Source of the DNA: Rotaria socialis
Taxonomy: Eukaryota
Length of the DNA stretch: 64,000 bases
NCBI GenBank assembly: GCA_905331295.1
Contig: CAJNYD010000077.1
Location: forward strand, 1-64,000
Direction: 5' to 3'
A program made the translations under genes and the position numbers. The notes under the pieces are model-generated. The model was not told the DNA's origin, searched no databases, and saw nothing but the letters and a program-made list of their open reading frames with translations. Shown in pieces: positions 12,651-27,300 of this stretch (the first letter of the stretch is position 1; the number at the start of each line of letters is the position of its first letter).

Positions 12651-14099
12651 TTAATGTGTTGCACAATTGACCTGTGTTGGTCCACCCTGATGACCTGACT
12701 CATCGTCGTACATTTCATGTCTATGTGCACGTTGCGATTGACGTGGATCATATTCAACTAAAACACATTCTTCAGCATTCATTGGCAAATGAACTTTTGT
12801 ACGTTCTGGTAAAACGGCTTCTAATTTTGCCAGGTTTTCTTGTTTTAATTCATTTTTATCTGGAAATTTGACATCAAAATGTAAAACAAGACGACCTTTT
12901 TCTAATGGATTTCGATAAACAGGCATTCCTTCATTTAAAATACATTTTATATCTCCTGGTTTTATAATTTCACCTGAAATAGATAAATAAAAATAATTAT
13001 TTTCATTTCAAATTGTTTTCTTTTCTAGCTAACCTGGTAGTGTAGTAACAACTAATTGTCGATTATCAAGTGTTTTAATAACTTTATGAAAACCACATAA
13101 TGCTTCAGTTAACGTTATTTGCATTTTTATATGTAAATCAGTTTTATCTCGTTTGAATGTCGCATTTTCTTTTTCATCCAAAACAACAATAATATCACCT
13201 GGTTGAAGACCTGGCTCTTGATCACCTTCACCGCTAAACGTAATTTTCTTGCCATCTTCCATACCTTTTTTCGGGGAAAAAAAGAAAAACATTTTTCTAA
13301 AAAAAACTGAATAATTCATGTAATTTTTTATTACCTTTATCAATATGAACTTCGATAATTTTTCTTTCTCGAACAATTTTTTTGCCATCACACGATTTAC
13401 ATTTATCTTTCGCATTTATTTTTTCACCTTGACCATCACAATCTGAACAATGTGATCGAATTTGTTGAATCATGCCCGGTGCTATTTGATTAATACGAAC
13501 AACAAAGCCAGAACCATTACATGTTGTACATTTCGATACGGCACCTTTTTTTCCACCACGACCTAAACAAAAGAAAACATTTCAACAAACGAATGGTCTT
13601 CATTTCTTTTCATACCTTCACATTTGTCACAAACAACATTCTTTTGTAATGCTAATTTTCTTACAGCTCCATTATAAAGTTCTTCTAATGAAACCGCTAA
13701 TTGATGAACGAGATTTTTTCCACGATGTTCTTGTCGAGTTCCAAATGGACTTCCGCCGCCACCAAAAAACATATTGAAAATATCGAATGGATCTGAACCA
13801 TGAAATCCACCAGAACCAGCTCCTTCTTTCATACCTTGCTCACCAACTTGATCATATAATGAACGTTTCTTTTCATCAGATAAAACTTCATCTAAACAAA
13901 AATTCTTCATATATTTCTTTTTCTTCGTAGCTAAAAACTTACAAGCTTGTGATAACTGTTTGAATTGTTCTGGATCATTATCTGGATTTTTATCTGGATG
14001 TAATTTCAAGGCTAGTTTACGATAGGCTTTTTTGATTTCATCAACTGTTGCAGTTGGTGGTACACCGAGAATATCATAATATTTCGTATCTTTAACCAT
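12651..14099 (-). CDS. DNAJA1: Type I Hsp40 / DnaJ subfamily A; exons 14099-13943, 13891-13616, 13562-13335, 13264-13034, 12973-12651
   Basis: J-domain with HPD, G/F region, four CxxCxG repeats, C-terminal CaaX (CATH). All introns GT-AG. The exact paralogue (A1/A2/A4) is not resolved. Confidence 0.93.
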
Positions 14100-14439
14100 G
14101 TTGATTAAAACTGAATGAACAAGACAGACGAATTAGTGAAAAAACAACGATCAAATGATCTAAAAAGAAAACAGCAAATAATATTGTATTGACGATGAAG
14201 AAGAAAGAATGAAAGGAAGAAAGGAAAAATCCAAAGATGTAATAATGACTCAGACCAATAGTTTTGCAAGATTTTAGAGAACAATAAGAGAACGAAATGG
14301 CTACACGAAATAAAATTTGTGTTTCTTGAGAGAAACAAATGAAGTAAACATCTGATAACACACAAATTGCAAAATAAAAGAGAAAAGAGAAAAAATACTG
14401 TTTTCATGAGCCTTCATAGATGAAAAACAATAATTATTT

Positions 14440-17400
14440 TTAAAAATTCGATAAAAGACCATCGAATCCATTTAATGTTCGTGTAATTAACCGGAAATGT
14501 TGTTTTAATCTTGACCAATATAATTGTGATGCATCACATAATTGCGTTTGTGGATCAGTAGGTATGCCGAATAGAAGATTTGATAATAATGGAAATGGTA
14601 CAGCGGTATTTGTTAGACCAAAAGCTGGTCCAATCAGAACATGTCTATACATAAAATAGTTCATTTCTCCTGTTGTACATAATAAAGTAAAAATAGTTCT
14701 TACTTATATGTATTATCTGCTGTATTTGTTCGACGTAATTGGTCATCATTAATAAATAAACGTTCAAATTCAATAAGTTTTTCATTGAATATTTGAAAAC
14801 TGAAATAACTTTAAGATTAGAAAAAGATGACATTTTTTTTCTTCTGCATCTATCTCAAATATCTTAGTTTTCATACTTATTCTTAGGTATTTGATCAATA
14901 TTCGATTGAATTTGTCGCATCACTTTTGTTAATTGACTTATTATTTTCGTCATTTCATCTAAAATTGTTTTTATTAATACTAAAATCTACATATAACAAC
15001 TGTCTTACTAGAATCACCGAGATGTGAGCCTAACGCTTGGTATGCTCTATCATAGTGAGCAAGATAATCAATTGTTTGCATATCAATTGAGTCAGCATAA
15101 TTGGTTAAATCAAATGGTATTAATGGTTCATCAACAAGTTGACGAATTATTTCAGATACGAATTGTGCATAAGCAACAATAACCTTTTTGTAAAATAAAA
15201 AAAAAGTAAATTCAATTTGCAAAAATAAAGAAGAAAAACATACGTCTGGTTCGATTTCATGACTAAAAACAGGTGGAGAGTTTTGCAAATAGAATGTATC
15301 CTTGGTCAATGCCTAGAAAAACACAATTCAAAATAGTTTTCGTTTCGATCATTATGAAAACATCTATCATCGAGTAGCAAAACACAAAGAAATTCACTAT
15401 TATAAATAGTCGAAATACTTTAAATTCTATGCAGTACTAATCAAAATAAATGCATATATAAAATGAAGGGAAAAAGACTGCTATTTAAAAGAAAACATTG
15501 TGTGTGCAATCATGCAAAGAAAAATTTTACTGGAAACTTCTAAATATGCAAAGTATATTAGTGAATAAGAAAGAACAAAAAGAAAAAAGAAGGAGAAGAA
15601 TGAGAGGTAAATCCTGTTTCATTGAAGCATATCGACAAAGAAAAGATATATGTCGTTACATTAGCATGCTGCATGAGCATACTATTATATATTTGGAATG
15701 AGAAAACAAGGACGTTATTATTATTTTACCTAAATAATAAATTATAACTTTCATGCATGAATCATCTTATGAATTCTTAAAGAAAAATCGAAGGTTATAT
15801 TCTTATTTTCAATAACTCTATTGAAACTAACTTTTTCTTTGCAAGAGATAAATGTATGATACCTGTTCATCAGTCATTTCAATAAGTAATGATGGAATTC
15901 CGTGTTCCAACAGAAATAATGCTGCTGCTGAATCGATATCAATCATTTGAATGATACTGGAGGTTTTATTTGATCCAATTCTATTGTTACTAGCTCTCAT
16001 CCATTCATCAAATAATTTATGTGGTTCGCATTCCGTTTGTTCTTTATGTTCATTCGTTTCCACGTGATTTTCATGTTCTTCATGACGTCTTCTTCTATGA
16101 ACATGAGAATGAGATTCAATTGTTGGCTTTCGACGATGATGACATGTATGATTATGAATAAGTGGACTAACAACAACATCGGCAGCACGTTGAGCAATTC
16201 GTTGTAGTAATGGTGAACCATGTAAATTGAGTGTTGAATTTCCAATAATACCATTTCCAAGATCAATATATGCAATTAAATTTCTATCAATCAGACGATA
16301 GTTATCTGAAATCCAACGACGAACTAAATATTAAAACGAAATTTATTTCAATTGAAATATTGATTTTCTTTTCTCACTTGTATAACGATCATATGATAAA
16401 CCTGACCAAGCACAAAATAAGATTGATCGTCTAAAATAGATAGAATTTAGATATACAACCTATCGTTTTCATTAGATAATAAGTATTTTTGTATTCGTCA
16501 TTTGTTTTCACAAATATTTTTCATATTATAAATAAAATTTCGTATTGAAGATCGAATAGATATATTCTGAATAATTCTTATACTATTCTTTCATTTCAAA
16601 AGGTCTATAATCTTGACAACATAATTCTGAATAATTTTTTCAAAGCAAATATCTAGATGATGTTGAATTACTTTAAATGTAGTATAATATTATCTATAGT
16701 ACATAACTTGCTAGCCTAATGTTATAGACAAGCTTATTAATAAACGATTATTGTACTCGTGAAAGTCTATTCTCTAATAAATAATTGTCTTCATGCTATT
16801 ACAGTAGTTTTGAATGTATCGTGTTCTTTTAATGCTCATGTTGATTGTTTTCTAATCTTTGCATTTTCGAACCATAGATAATTTGTAATCAATACAATAC
16901 TTAACTATTTAGGATGTCCTTATAAATGAATTGCAGCAAGATTAAATCCGTGATATAGACATATATTTTTAGTGATATTAGTCTGAGCTGGACTGTATCA
17001 CTAAAATTTGTATTTCATTCTGTATGAACTTAAAGAAGAGAAATTATTCTCGACTTATGAAGATTTTCAGGCTAGTATGATTTTTGATTATAACGTAGTA
17101 GCATAGTTTTGCTTATTCTCAGAATTGTGAAATCCTACGTGCGTCATAAAATATTAACATTGCTGTTTATGAAACATTATCAGACGAACTCAAAAGCAAC
17201 TATTTTAAGAAGAAATCCAAGCTCAAAAAGATTCTTTCTTTGTAATCATAAAAACATGATTAATATAGAAATGATTTGGCCTAATTCGATTCTCATAAAA
17301 ATTCTGGCCTCCGATTGCACTTCTTTAAAAATATAGGAATCCTTAGAGGATCAAGGTTGTCAAAAAAAAAGGATTTTCGATAAAAAATGGCAAAAATATA

Positions 17401-19538
17401 GGATGTTTTATACATAGTTTCTGCTGAATTGTTTTGCTGTTTTTTAACTGCTCTGCTCGAGAATCGTTTTAATGAAGTTGTTATCAACAGTTCAACCGTA
17501 GCCAAGATCCTTATGTAATTTTTTCTACTGAAATAAGTCGCTAATGCAAGGATCATGATAAAAGTTTTTCACAAATCGATAAATAACAATAAAGTAGATC
17601 ATAAGCTTTAAAAAAACAAATGCTATTTCTCATAATAAAAAGAGACATTTCAGATTACGGACATGAGTTCCCAAAAAAATCTCAACCTAATTTTATTGTT
17701 CTGATAATCAGCATTCATCGCTTATTATTTGCCACAAGTTTATTTTGTATTTTATCATAACTCAATTTTTTCTGGTAATAAATAAGTGTCAATACATATA
17801 TACAGGATGGCGTAAAATTTCACGGGCTATCAGAATATGTCGTTACTTTTTAAAAAATATGTTCTTTTGGTAACAATATCCTCAAAATACAGACTGAAAC
17901 TTATGTTTCCCAGAGGTATATATATAAATATATACAGCTTTTATACCTAACTAAAACTTTATTAAAACTCTGAAACTAGTACACGACCGATAAAATATAG
18001 GGAAAATAAGAATTTTTAGGAAAATATAGCACAAAAATAAGACGTTTTTGAAAATATAGGAATTATAGGAAATATAGGTCGAATCGCAACCCAGATAATG
18101 ATACAAACATATAATAAAAACAAACCTTGGACGCCATCCATTTTTTATTTCACTGCCGTAAGCATGAATAATTTCATCAATAACTTTTTCTTGTTGCTTT
18201 CTACCAAGTTGATATCCAATCATAATAAAATGATCAACATCAATAATACCACGAATATAACCAAGAACCAATGGCAAATGCACGGGTACTTCTTCCATAA
18301 ATGTTGTTAAATGAAGTTTTGTTTTCCGAAGTTCTCCACCTAATTTGAGTGAACTTGGTTTATTATGCCATTGAGATGGACATGGTAACCATGGATTTGA
18401 ATCAAATGAAAATATTTTGTCGACATCTGAATATGAAAGAATCAAAACAGATATTTGTTGATCGTCATCATTGGAAATACCATCGAGAAAATTTTCTCGT
18501 TCTATAAAAAAAAAACGATATTTTTGCGAGATCTAATTTAATTTAATTTAATTTACGTTTCTCTGTTGATAATCTTCCCCATTCTTCGGAAAATGAGTGT
18601 CGGTCATTGGTTATTGTCATATTTTGGTTTGTTTGATCATCATTACTACTATCATCGTCATCAAATAAAACAAGTCCAGCAAATCCATAATGTATTGCTT
18701 GATGAATTTGTTTTGTTTGCGAAATAATTGTCAACTTTCTACGCATAAAAACAATGGCATGATTATTATTTTCAAAATTGATTTGATTCTTATTAATTAA
18801 ATAAGCGAAATCTTCTTGGCGACCATAATTAGCATAATAAATATAACTTGCCATTACTTTTCCTGATTTAATTAATGATGAAAATGATAAATAATCGTTG
18901 GTGGTTAAAACATTAAATTTTTCAATTTCTTGATCATTTTTTCGATCAAGCAATTGGATACCACTCCATTGTACGGATGGAGCATATTTTGAAAGAGTTA
19001 AGTCATATGAAAGTTTATTTACACGATTAAATATACTTGATAGAGATTTCCAATTTAATTCTAATTTATTTGCAGCATCACTTTCAGATTCAATGGAGCT
19101 AAAAATAAGAAATAAAATTGAAACAACATGAATTTTTCGTTTTACTAAATTTTACCGATTGAGATTGAGAAAATTTGTCTTTTTTAGTGATTGAAAAACT
19201 TTTGTTTGGATTGTTAGATCAATTTCTGTTAAACTAGGTGAATTATAGAGTGTTGCTGAGGATGATTCAGCATCTTGAGACATCCGGTAAAGTAAAATTG
19301 CTACGCCAGTGAGACATCCGAGTATGAACGCGCATAATATAAGAATAAAAAATAAAATAGGATGAGTACTACTATTAGTACTAGTACGACCACGTTGATA
19401 AGTTTTTGGACGTTTGGAAACAATGGGATTATTGATTTGATTAGATGTTGTTGTTGAAGATTGACTTAATTCATTAGCATCATCATCAGGCGATGCTAAA
19501 AGAAGAGCAGCTTTTTCTTCATTACCTAACTGACGCAT
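14440..19538 (-). CDS. M28B family type II membrane protein (GCPII/NAALADase/transferrin-receptor-like), predicted inactive; multi-exon
   Basis: N-terminal TM (ILFFILILCAFILGCLTGVAILL), PA-domain YANYGRQEDF, GWRPR|RSILFCAWSG, IAYID, PLIPFDL..YA, and TfR-dimer-like NEKLIEFERLF and YKHVLIGP. ~1.7-kb intron at about 16434-18124. Confidence 0.85.
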
Positions 19539-20091
19539 GATTCTCCTTGCATCAATATGATGACGCAGCAAAAGGTAAGGTAATGAAAGAAAACAATATT
19601 ATTATTTATAGGATGTTGCTGAGACACATGTATGACGTATCTATACTTAAAACTGAATCCAATATATAATCTTTTTCTTTTGACTCTTTTCATGGAAAAA
19701 TTAATTCATGACAGTTTTATTGAAAATATAGTAATAATTTACTTTTATGATTTTAAAATTTATCTTAGATGTCACTATCAATCAATCAACCTTTTCTTTT
19801 ATCAGGTGCGACACTTGAAGCTATTTAGAACAAGATCTGTCACAATTTTCTCTAGAATACCATCAGTTAATTACTAATCAATTGTTACTTGAAATACAGC
19901 TATAATTGTATTGCATTAAAGTGACTTTCGTCAAAGCTTTATGTCTTCTATTAACCAATAAAAGGGATATAGTTTACATGTGATACTGGACAGCTTTCGA
20001 CAACTTTTGGTTAATTATTTTTTTCTGGCACGGATCGCGTGCAGATGTCAAATATGTATACCAATGGCATATATGAAAATCACATTTTAAC

Positions 20092-20451
20092 TAGAGGTGT
20101 CCGCCGTACGGCTGAGCCACCGCTGTGAAAAAATAAGTTTAGCCGTTGCGCCGCTGCAAGAGATAAAAAATTTTGATAGCGTCATCCGCCGCTGCTGACA
20201 TCAATACATATGCGATCGAATCGAACATTTTTCTTTTAATTTTCATCAGTAAATTTTTAACTTAGCCGCCGCCGTCGTCATATCAGGACTTGTAAATATC
20301 AACCGGCGCCGGTGCTGTGGAAAAAATTTTAAGAACTTGTTTCAGCCGCCGCTGAAGACATTACTCAGTCAAATAACGAGCCGCTGGAAATCTTCAAAGC
20401 TTGAAAATTGTTGCCCACCGTCGCCGTTCAACCCTTCGGCTGACACCTCTA
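20092..20451. mobile_element. hAT-like MITE, GC-rich
   Basis: TIR tagaggtgtc(c/a)gccg with many internal gccgc(c/t)g motifs. The TSD is degenerate (attttaac / catataac). Confidence 0.7.
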
Positions 20452-21197
20452 CATATAACATTAACTCATGTCGCTTTAGCTGTTTTCGAGAAAAAAGAAT
20501 CTTTTATTTCGCACATTTGAAAATTTTTTTTTCTAGAATCTTTTTGTTATATTGCGCCATGTAAAACAAGATAGTTATGGTATCGTATTAAACGTTTTAT
20601 ACGAGAAAATTTCATATGCAATCGATTTATTTATTTAGGTGACATGAATGATTTTCAAAAAGATTTTGTCAATGTATAGTCATATCCTGTTTGATAGAAT
20701 ACGATAAAGATTTAACTGTCAAGCTTTGTTTTAGGGTTCAGATTATTAGATAAAAAGTATTGAACGTACGTTTTACAGATAAATTATAATATCGTTTTAA
20801 TAATGAAGATTCGACTGATAATTGTAGAGATTCATGTGATTAGTATTAGTCTCTGAATTGAAACATCTATTTTATCATTGCATACAACCCAACTCATTAT
20901 TATGTGACACAATCAAAGAATTTCAAGAATATAATCAATCGTTCTTGAATTTTACTTTGACTATTGAATAAAAACGCTTGAATATCGGCGAAAGATCTAA
21001 AGTTCAACGATCATCACTTTAGAATTGCATGATTGACATGAGAAAAATGGACCGAATATAGACAGCAAAAGCATGGAGTAGCAAGCAAAAAGATTGTTTG
21101 TGGAATATGATTTAATTAATTTCTATCATATCTCTACTTTATCATAATTTATTATTATTTGACTGATTATATATATATATATATATTTAAATAATAT

Positions 21198-24100
21198 TTA
21201 TATTTGTATGAGTTGTTCCGCATCAGAGGGAGTAGTTGACAAAGAAGAAGCTGAAGTTTCACTTATGCCAAGTCCAGCATCTTCATCATCATGATCTTCT
21301 TCGTCTTCGTCTTCTGAACTAAACATTTTCGATGTTAAATCTGATATTTGATCTAGTTCAGGGCCACTTTCATTGTTATTAAGATTATTATCATCAAAAC
21401 ATTGCTGATTACGTGCTGCTGCTGCTACTACTGTTGCTTTAGTAGTTGTGGCCACATCGATTGTTTGAGGAACATTTAATGATGGCAAACTATTATATAA
21501 AGTTAATTGTTTTCGTTGTTGATAAATGAGTGATGTCGATGGCGAAGATGACGTTAATATTGACTCGGCATCACAAATAGTTGATGATGAACAAGGGGTA
21601 TGATTTGTCAGGTCAAATGTTGGACTTTGATTTTGCCGTAGTTTTGAAAGAGCTGTTGCATCGTTGAGAACAGTTGGAGTGACGAAAAGTGATTTTGGTC
21701 GCAATTTATCTGTTACAGTAATGAGTGTTGCATGTGCTCTAGTTGTGCCTGGTGAAGGTGGTGGAGGTACTGGTGCTTTGTGAGGTGTTTCCAAGAAGCA
21801 AACAGATGAGTTGACAATTGATGGGACAGCTTTTCTTGGAGTTATATGTGTTTGATTATATGTACTATGAGTAGAAAAACAAATATACTTTTTACAATTA
21901 GACTTGAAAGAAAAACATTTTCTTAAACATCTATTTCAATTTAAGGAAAATTATTTTATAAGATTAGTTTTGTTTTAATTAACTCATTTTAAGTATAATC
22001 TTTTTTAAAATGTGCGAAGTTTTCCATGTGCGTAAATCAAATTTTTGCATCGGTTTCAGAATCAAATGATTCTATGTAAGTGTAATATAGCAACTAGAAA
22101 CTGATGCGAAATCAAACAATTCACGTCAGAACAAATAATAATTTATTAGATTTGCTTTTGCAAATATGCTAATGAATTATAATTTTAGTGAATAAATATT
22201 TGATCGCACTTTAGCATTATTTTCGTAAACATAAGACAAAAAAGTTTTCTTCTTACCTTGACGGTAGTCCAGAATGCTGTTGGTCAAGAATAATATGATT
22301 TAAAAATCGTTTAACTTTATCTTCTACTATGGATTTTTTATCTAGATCATGTAAAAGGTGTTGAGCTGATTGCTTTAAATCACTAAAAAGAAAAAGTAAA
22401 GAAAACCGATGTTTTTCTTTTTATTTATGAACAAATTCTTTATGTCTTCCATACTTGAATTGTTGTTTATATAGTATAATTTGTTGTTTTTGTTCACCAT
22501 AAGATAACTCAAGTGTATGATTTCGATTAAACAATGTAGCAAGATCATCATAGACATGATATAACTTTTGTTTTAATAATAAAATTTCTTCGCGAAGAAG
22601 AAAACGATTATCAGTTGAAACCCATCCTGTATGTTCAGCAAGGGAACGAAGATTCTATTGTCATAGAAATATTATTTTTTCTTTAAAAATAAAATTTATT
22701 AATTGAAATCTTTACTTGTTGAGCCGATCGTTGTATTAGACGAGCATTGTTACGCTCTAAACTCTCTATTTTTTCTTGTAATAAATCACATTGCATTTTT
22801 AATTCTTGGTTTTTTACTAATAATTGAGAACACTGATATTGATTTGTATCATGGTTTTTCCGTACATGAATATCTATAATAAAAAAAAGAACAGATTAAT
22901 ATTAAAGGAAAGAAAAAATGAGTAGAAATCAACGGACATGTTTCATCATTGTGACGAGTATCGAATTCACGCAAATGAACATTAGTGGTTTTTAATTGTC
23001 TAAAAAAACAGTACAATTATTGAAAAGGATTTATCACTTATAAAATTACTTTCGTAGTTCGAAGATTTCGTTTCTCAACGGTTCTAATGACAATTGAAAT
23101 TGGATATCATCTTTAGCATAGGAAAGTGCGGATGAAAGTGAACTTTCAAGCTCATTCCATAAACGATAACACTCTGGATCTAAATAGAAAAATTAATTAA
23201 GAAGAAATTTTGTTTTTATGACAGAATTTTTACCATTGACTGTATTAGTATTTCTTGCTCGAATTAGTTTGGAAATAGTTCGAATACGTATTAGATGGAT
23301 AACGAATTGCTCAATAATAAAATGTGTCTGTTGCTTATGCATAAAATTAGATAAGGGTAAATCTCCACACGATGAACTTCGTATAAGTTCTTGTTGGTTT
23401 TTTGTAAGACGACGGCGACGTCGATTTGGTGATAAAGGAGATTTTTGTCGAAATTTATTATTTATTGATGGAGAATTTTTTATTGGTGTTGTAGTACGAT
23501 GATGAATATTTTGAGTTGTAGATGAAGATGGAGAACGCGTTTGATGTTTACGAGATTTAGTTGAACTTACACGACTTTTTAATAATGACTGGTCCTAAAC
23601 ACAGAGTAAGATTCTGTAAAGCTTTTCATCGCAACAGAACAAAGTAAATGTGAGGTATTATTAATATAGAAAAGCTAACTTCTGTCAGATGCATTATCTG
23701 ATTCAAGAAAGAATGAGTCTTTTTCTTCTATTGAAATTTATGATCCTCATAAATCTTCTATAAGACATTCTCAACGAAATATTTATTCGTAAGAAACAAA
23801 CCTCAGTAGTTGTTGTTGTTCCTGTTGATGATAATAAAGATTTAGTCGGTGAGTATGAAGATCGACGTTCTTCAAGTTCAGTGCTACTACTAATATCTGA
23901 AAATAGAATTTAATAGTCATTGTGCATTTCTATTGTGTCACAACTAAATAAGTATACTTGTTTTAATGAAAGACGTCTTTGAAACAATTGGTTTAGCATT
24001 TTGTTTTTTTATGCGCGTGTGTATTTGAGGTTGTTGTTGATTTTTTCGATATGTTTCACCAATAATGGATGATTTCGAATTTCGACGTGATTCTTTATTT

Positions 24101-24379
24101 TATATGAATATTTTTCTTATGAGCTGAAATAAAACGAGTCGTGTCTCTTACCTTGAGCACTAAGTATATTACGTAAGAGTTCGGCACATTTATCAAATTC
24201 TTTATTAGTTCGATAAACAAGTGTTCTTGACATAGGTGGTTTGACTAGAGAATCAGGTGGTACTACTAGTTGGTGTTGTTGTATTAACACGGTGTCGTTC
24301 TGTGAGGAAATGAGTAGAAAAGAAAAAAATGTAGAGAAAATAATCTCTATTTCTCTTTTAAGCTCACGGAAGCCATCAT
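21198..24379 (-). CDS. Uncharacterised multi-exon coiled-coil protein with Ser/Thr-rich and acidic C-terminus
   Basis: Chain of GT-AG-bounded open exons: MMAS|NDTVLIQQHQ...CAELLRNILSAQ|...|...LLVKNQELKMQCDLLQEKIESLERNNARLIQ...|...ETPHKAPVPPPP...EQLIQI*. No family recognised, and the start codon is tentative. Confidence 0.7.
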
Positions 24380-27300
24380 TTCTATTTCCTGAATTTAGAA
24401 TATAAATGGCGGTTTTAGTAAGTTAAAATCTACACTTTAAATTGATAAATAACGGATGAAAGAATAATATTCACGTTGAGTTTTTTTTATATTATTGTGA
24501 CATTGATCAAGTAACATGATTCACTATTAGACCGCCTATGTGTATGTTTGCTCCTCTCGGGTTTATATAGACAGAAAAAGCAATCCTTCAAAATGCATTT
24601 TTTAACGGAAAAAAAATAGGCGAGTATGAATGAGAAGAAGTCGGAGAAGAATTTGAATGTTGCCTTGGAAGACGTATCGAGAATTGAGAAAACCATTACT
24701 AATTAGGTATCAAACGTTCTTATATTGTTCGACAAAGAAAAAAAAAAGAAGAAGACGCTTACTTTCATCTTACGATAAACGACGGAGACAACAGCTGTTC
24801 TTTCTTTTTAGAATGACTGTACTGTTGTTGATTCAACGGGTAAATGAACTGCCATCAGCAACTTGAATTTGTTATTCTTGCAATGATGATGATTTAAGAT
24901 ATGTATGTGAGTATAGATGTAAACGTGAATGTATATATGTGTCTATAAGAAAGTGAAAGAAATTCTAGTCAAAATGAAAAAACACCCCATTTTTTTCTCG
25001 TCAGTCGATGTGGATGTCGATGTCGTCAAACATCTGAAAGAAAGAATTGGTAGGAAGAAGTAGAAAAAAACCGAAAGGTGAGATGTATGCTAAGAGCAAC
25101 ATATGGGTGAACAAACGGCTGTTGTTTATCATCTTTTTTTTTCTTTCTCTGTCATTTATGTCTAAACATTAAAGATAAAAATCTTCTAGCTCCGAAGAAC
25201 ATGCTTAAAAAATTATCAAAGAACTTGAATTTTTGAATTTTTTTCATTAAAACAAAAAATATGTATGAATAGCAAATTATAATGGATGGTACTTGACGTT
25301 AATACAAATTCAAATCCAAAATATGAAAAGAAAGAAAAAGAGAAAGTCATCATGTTATTGGTACAATGTACTGTCAGCTAAGTAAAGAGAATTCTTTTTT
25401 AATGCTTTTAATTTAATAAATATCTCCAGGTAAGAAAGAAAAGTTTTCTACTTATCTCTAACAAATACTCAAGTTAAAAAACAGCAGCAAAAGAAAAAGA
25501 AAAAGAGAAAAAGTTAATTGCACATAAAGAAATCAATTCAATCGCTGCAAGAAAAGTAATGCTGTTAACATCTATATTTTTTTCTCTTGTCGATTTTAAT
25601 TTCAAGTTAAAATCATGAAACAACGTTTTAAGAAAACATATCTAATCGTTCCGTGTATTCTTAAATGTTGTTATAGTAACGCTAATAAAAAAGAACGATT
25701 TCAAACGGTGCTTCTAATTTACATATTCAATTTATTTTTTGTTAAACGTACCAAACATTTTAAAAATCAGACGTCTACGTTTGAAGATTGTTTGAAAAAG
25801 AATATTTTATTTCGATTCCGATTACATCAATGCATGAAATATTTATTCTTCAGATTAAAGTTGTTGGCCTAGTTTCTATTTGTTTTTGTTACTTGTTACT
25901 CGTTAGAACTCTGATTGACATGAGAAAGATAAGAAGAAAATCGAACTAATTAATAAATGAATCTTTTGAGTGTAAAATAAACTTAAAACTAACAATATGA
26001 TCAAATAGAAGAAGAATTTGTCGATGACTACTTTTTTGCTTATGATCATAAAGAATATTTGAATAAGACAAAAAGAAATCGTATACTATGCGTAATAGTA
26101 TTTAACTCCAATGATTTTATTACAAGTGTTTGGACGACAAAAAAAAGAGTTTGCAAACGGAGTAGGAATTCATTATTTTTTTTTCCACAATATTTTATCA
26201 CATATTTATACAGCGTAGGAAGTTTTATAGAGACTTTGAGAGTATACGATTTATTATGAATTATTCTATTTGAACAGCTTTAATCAATATTTAATGGTTA
26301 CCATGTATTTAATGACGAACATTTTTATTGAAACTCGTTTTTCTTCTTAAATAATTGTGTTTTACTTTCATTTTGTGAAAGAACAGTATGATCAATAGAA
26401 ATTTCAACAGAGTTTTCTATGATTGTAAAACTCATTGCCACTAAACAACAATAGCTAAAATCAATAAATGGTCCTTCTTAATTGCTTTATAGTTTTATGC
26501 ACGTCCAAAAACGATGTTATGTAGAAATCAGTTGATTTACAGTTTAAACTTTTTTCTATAGAAATGATGATTTTGATAGATTTATTTTTATTTCATTTTT
26601 ATTTAAAATACAATGGGGATGAATTCTTAAAGTTTTATTCACACGAGATTTATTTTTTGTTGTTGTACTCTTCATCTTTATTTTAGTTTCTAGGTAACAA
26701 TTGAAATACTTTTAACATTTAATTAGAGAATAAACTAGTGGCATAAAAAAGAAAAAGACAAAAATGCAAAAAAAGAAGAGAACAATATGACCTTCTTCCT
26801 TCATCTCATATAGCTTAGTATCAAACAGCGCAGACAAAGAAAAAAGGAATATATATATTTTTTTCAAACTCAATCTACTTGGTTAATAAAGTTTCTCTCA
26901 GTGTAGTTATGTTGAAAAGAACAATCAATTGCAACAATTGAATGTTTTTTGTGAATTTCATTTAGTTTACTTTTTTTCTTAGTCCAAGTAATACAATAAC
27001 AGCAGTAATATTGATAGTACATATATCTTGCTTGGAAAATTCTATTTCAGCAATCAAATTAATTTTGAAAATAATATTTCGACGTTAATGAAATCGGTTA
27101 TTTGAAAAATTTCTCGGATATTTTAGTCAATAAATTGTAAGGTATTTCAAAAGTGCATATTAATGTTTTCTTTCATTGGTAGAAATAACTCTTCAAAATG
27201 ATGACCTTCAGTTCAAATACTTTAATGTATTATTTCAAAATATTCAAAGCGAAACAGTAAAAATTTCTAGATTTTCATGAACATTGCAACTCAATCTTTA

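Noticed and set aside
14300..14345. Heat-shock element upstream of DnaJA
   Set aside because: Only partial nGAAn units, no array of three alternating units.
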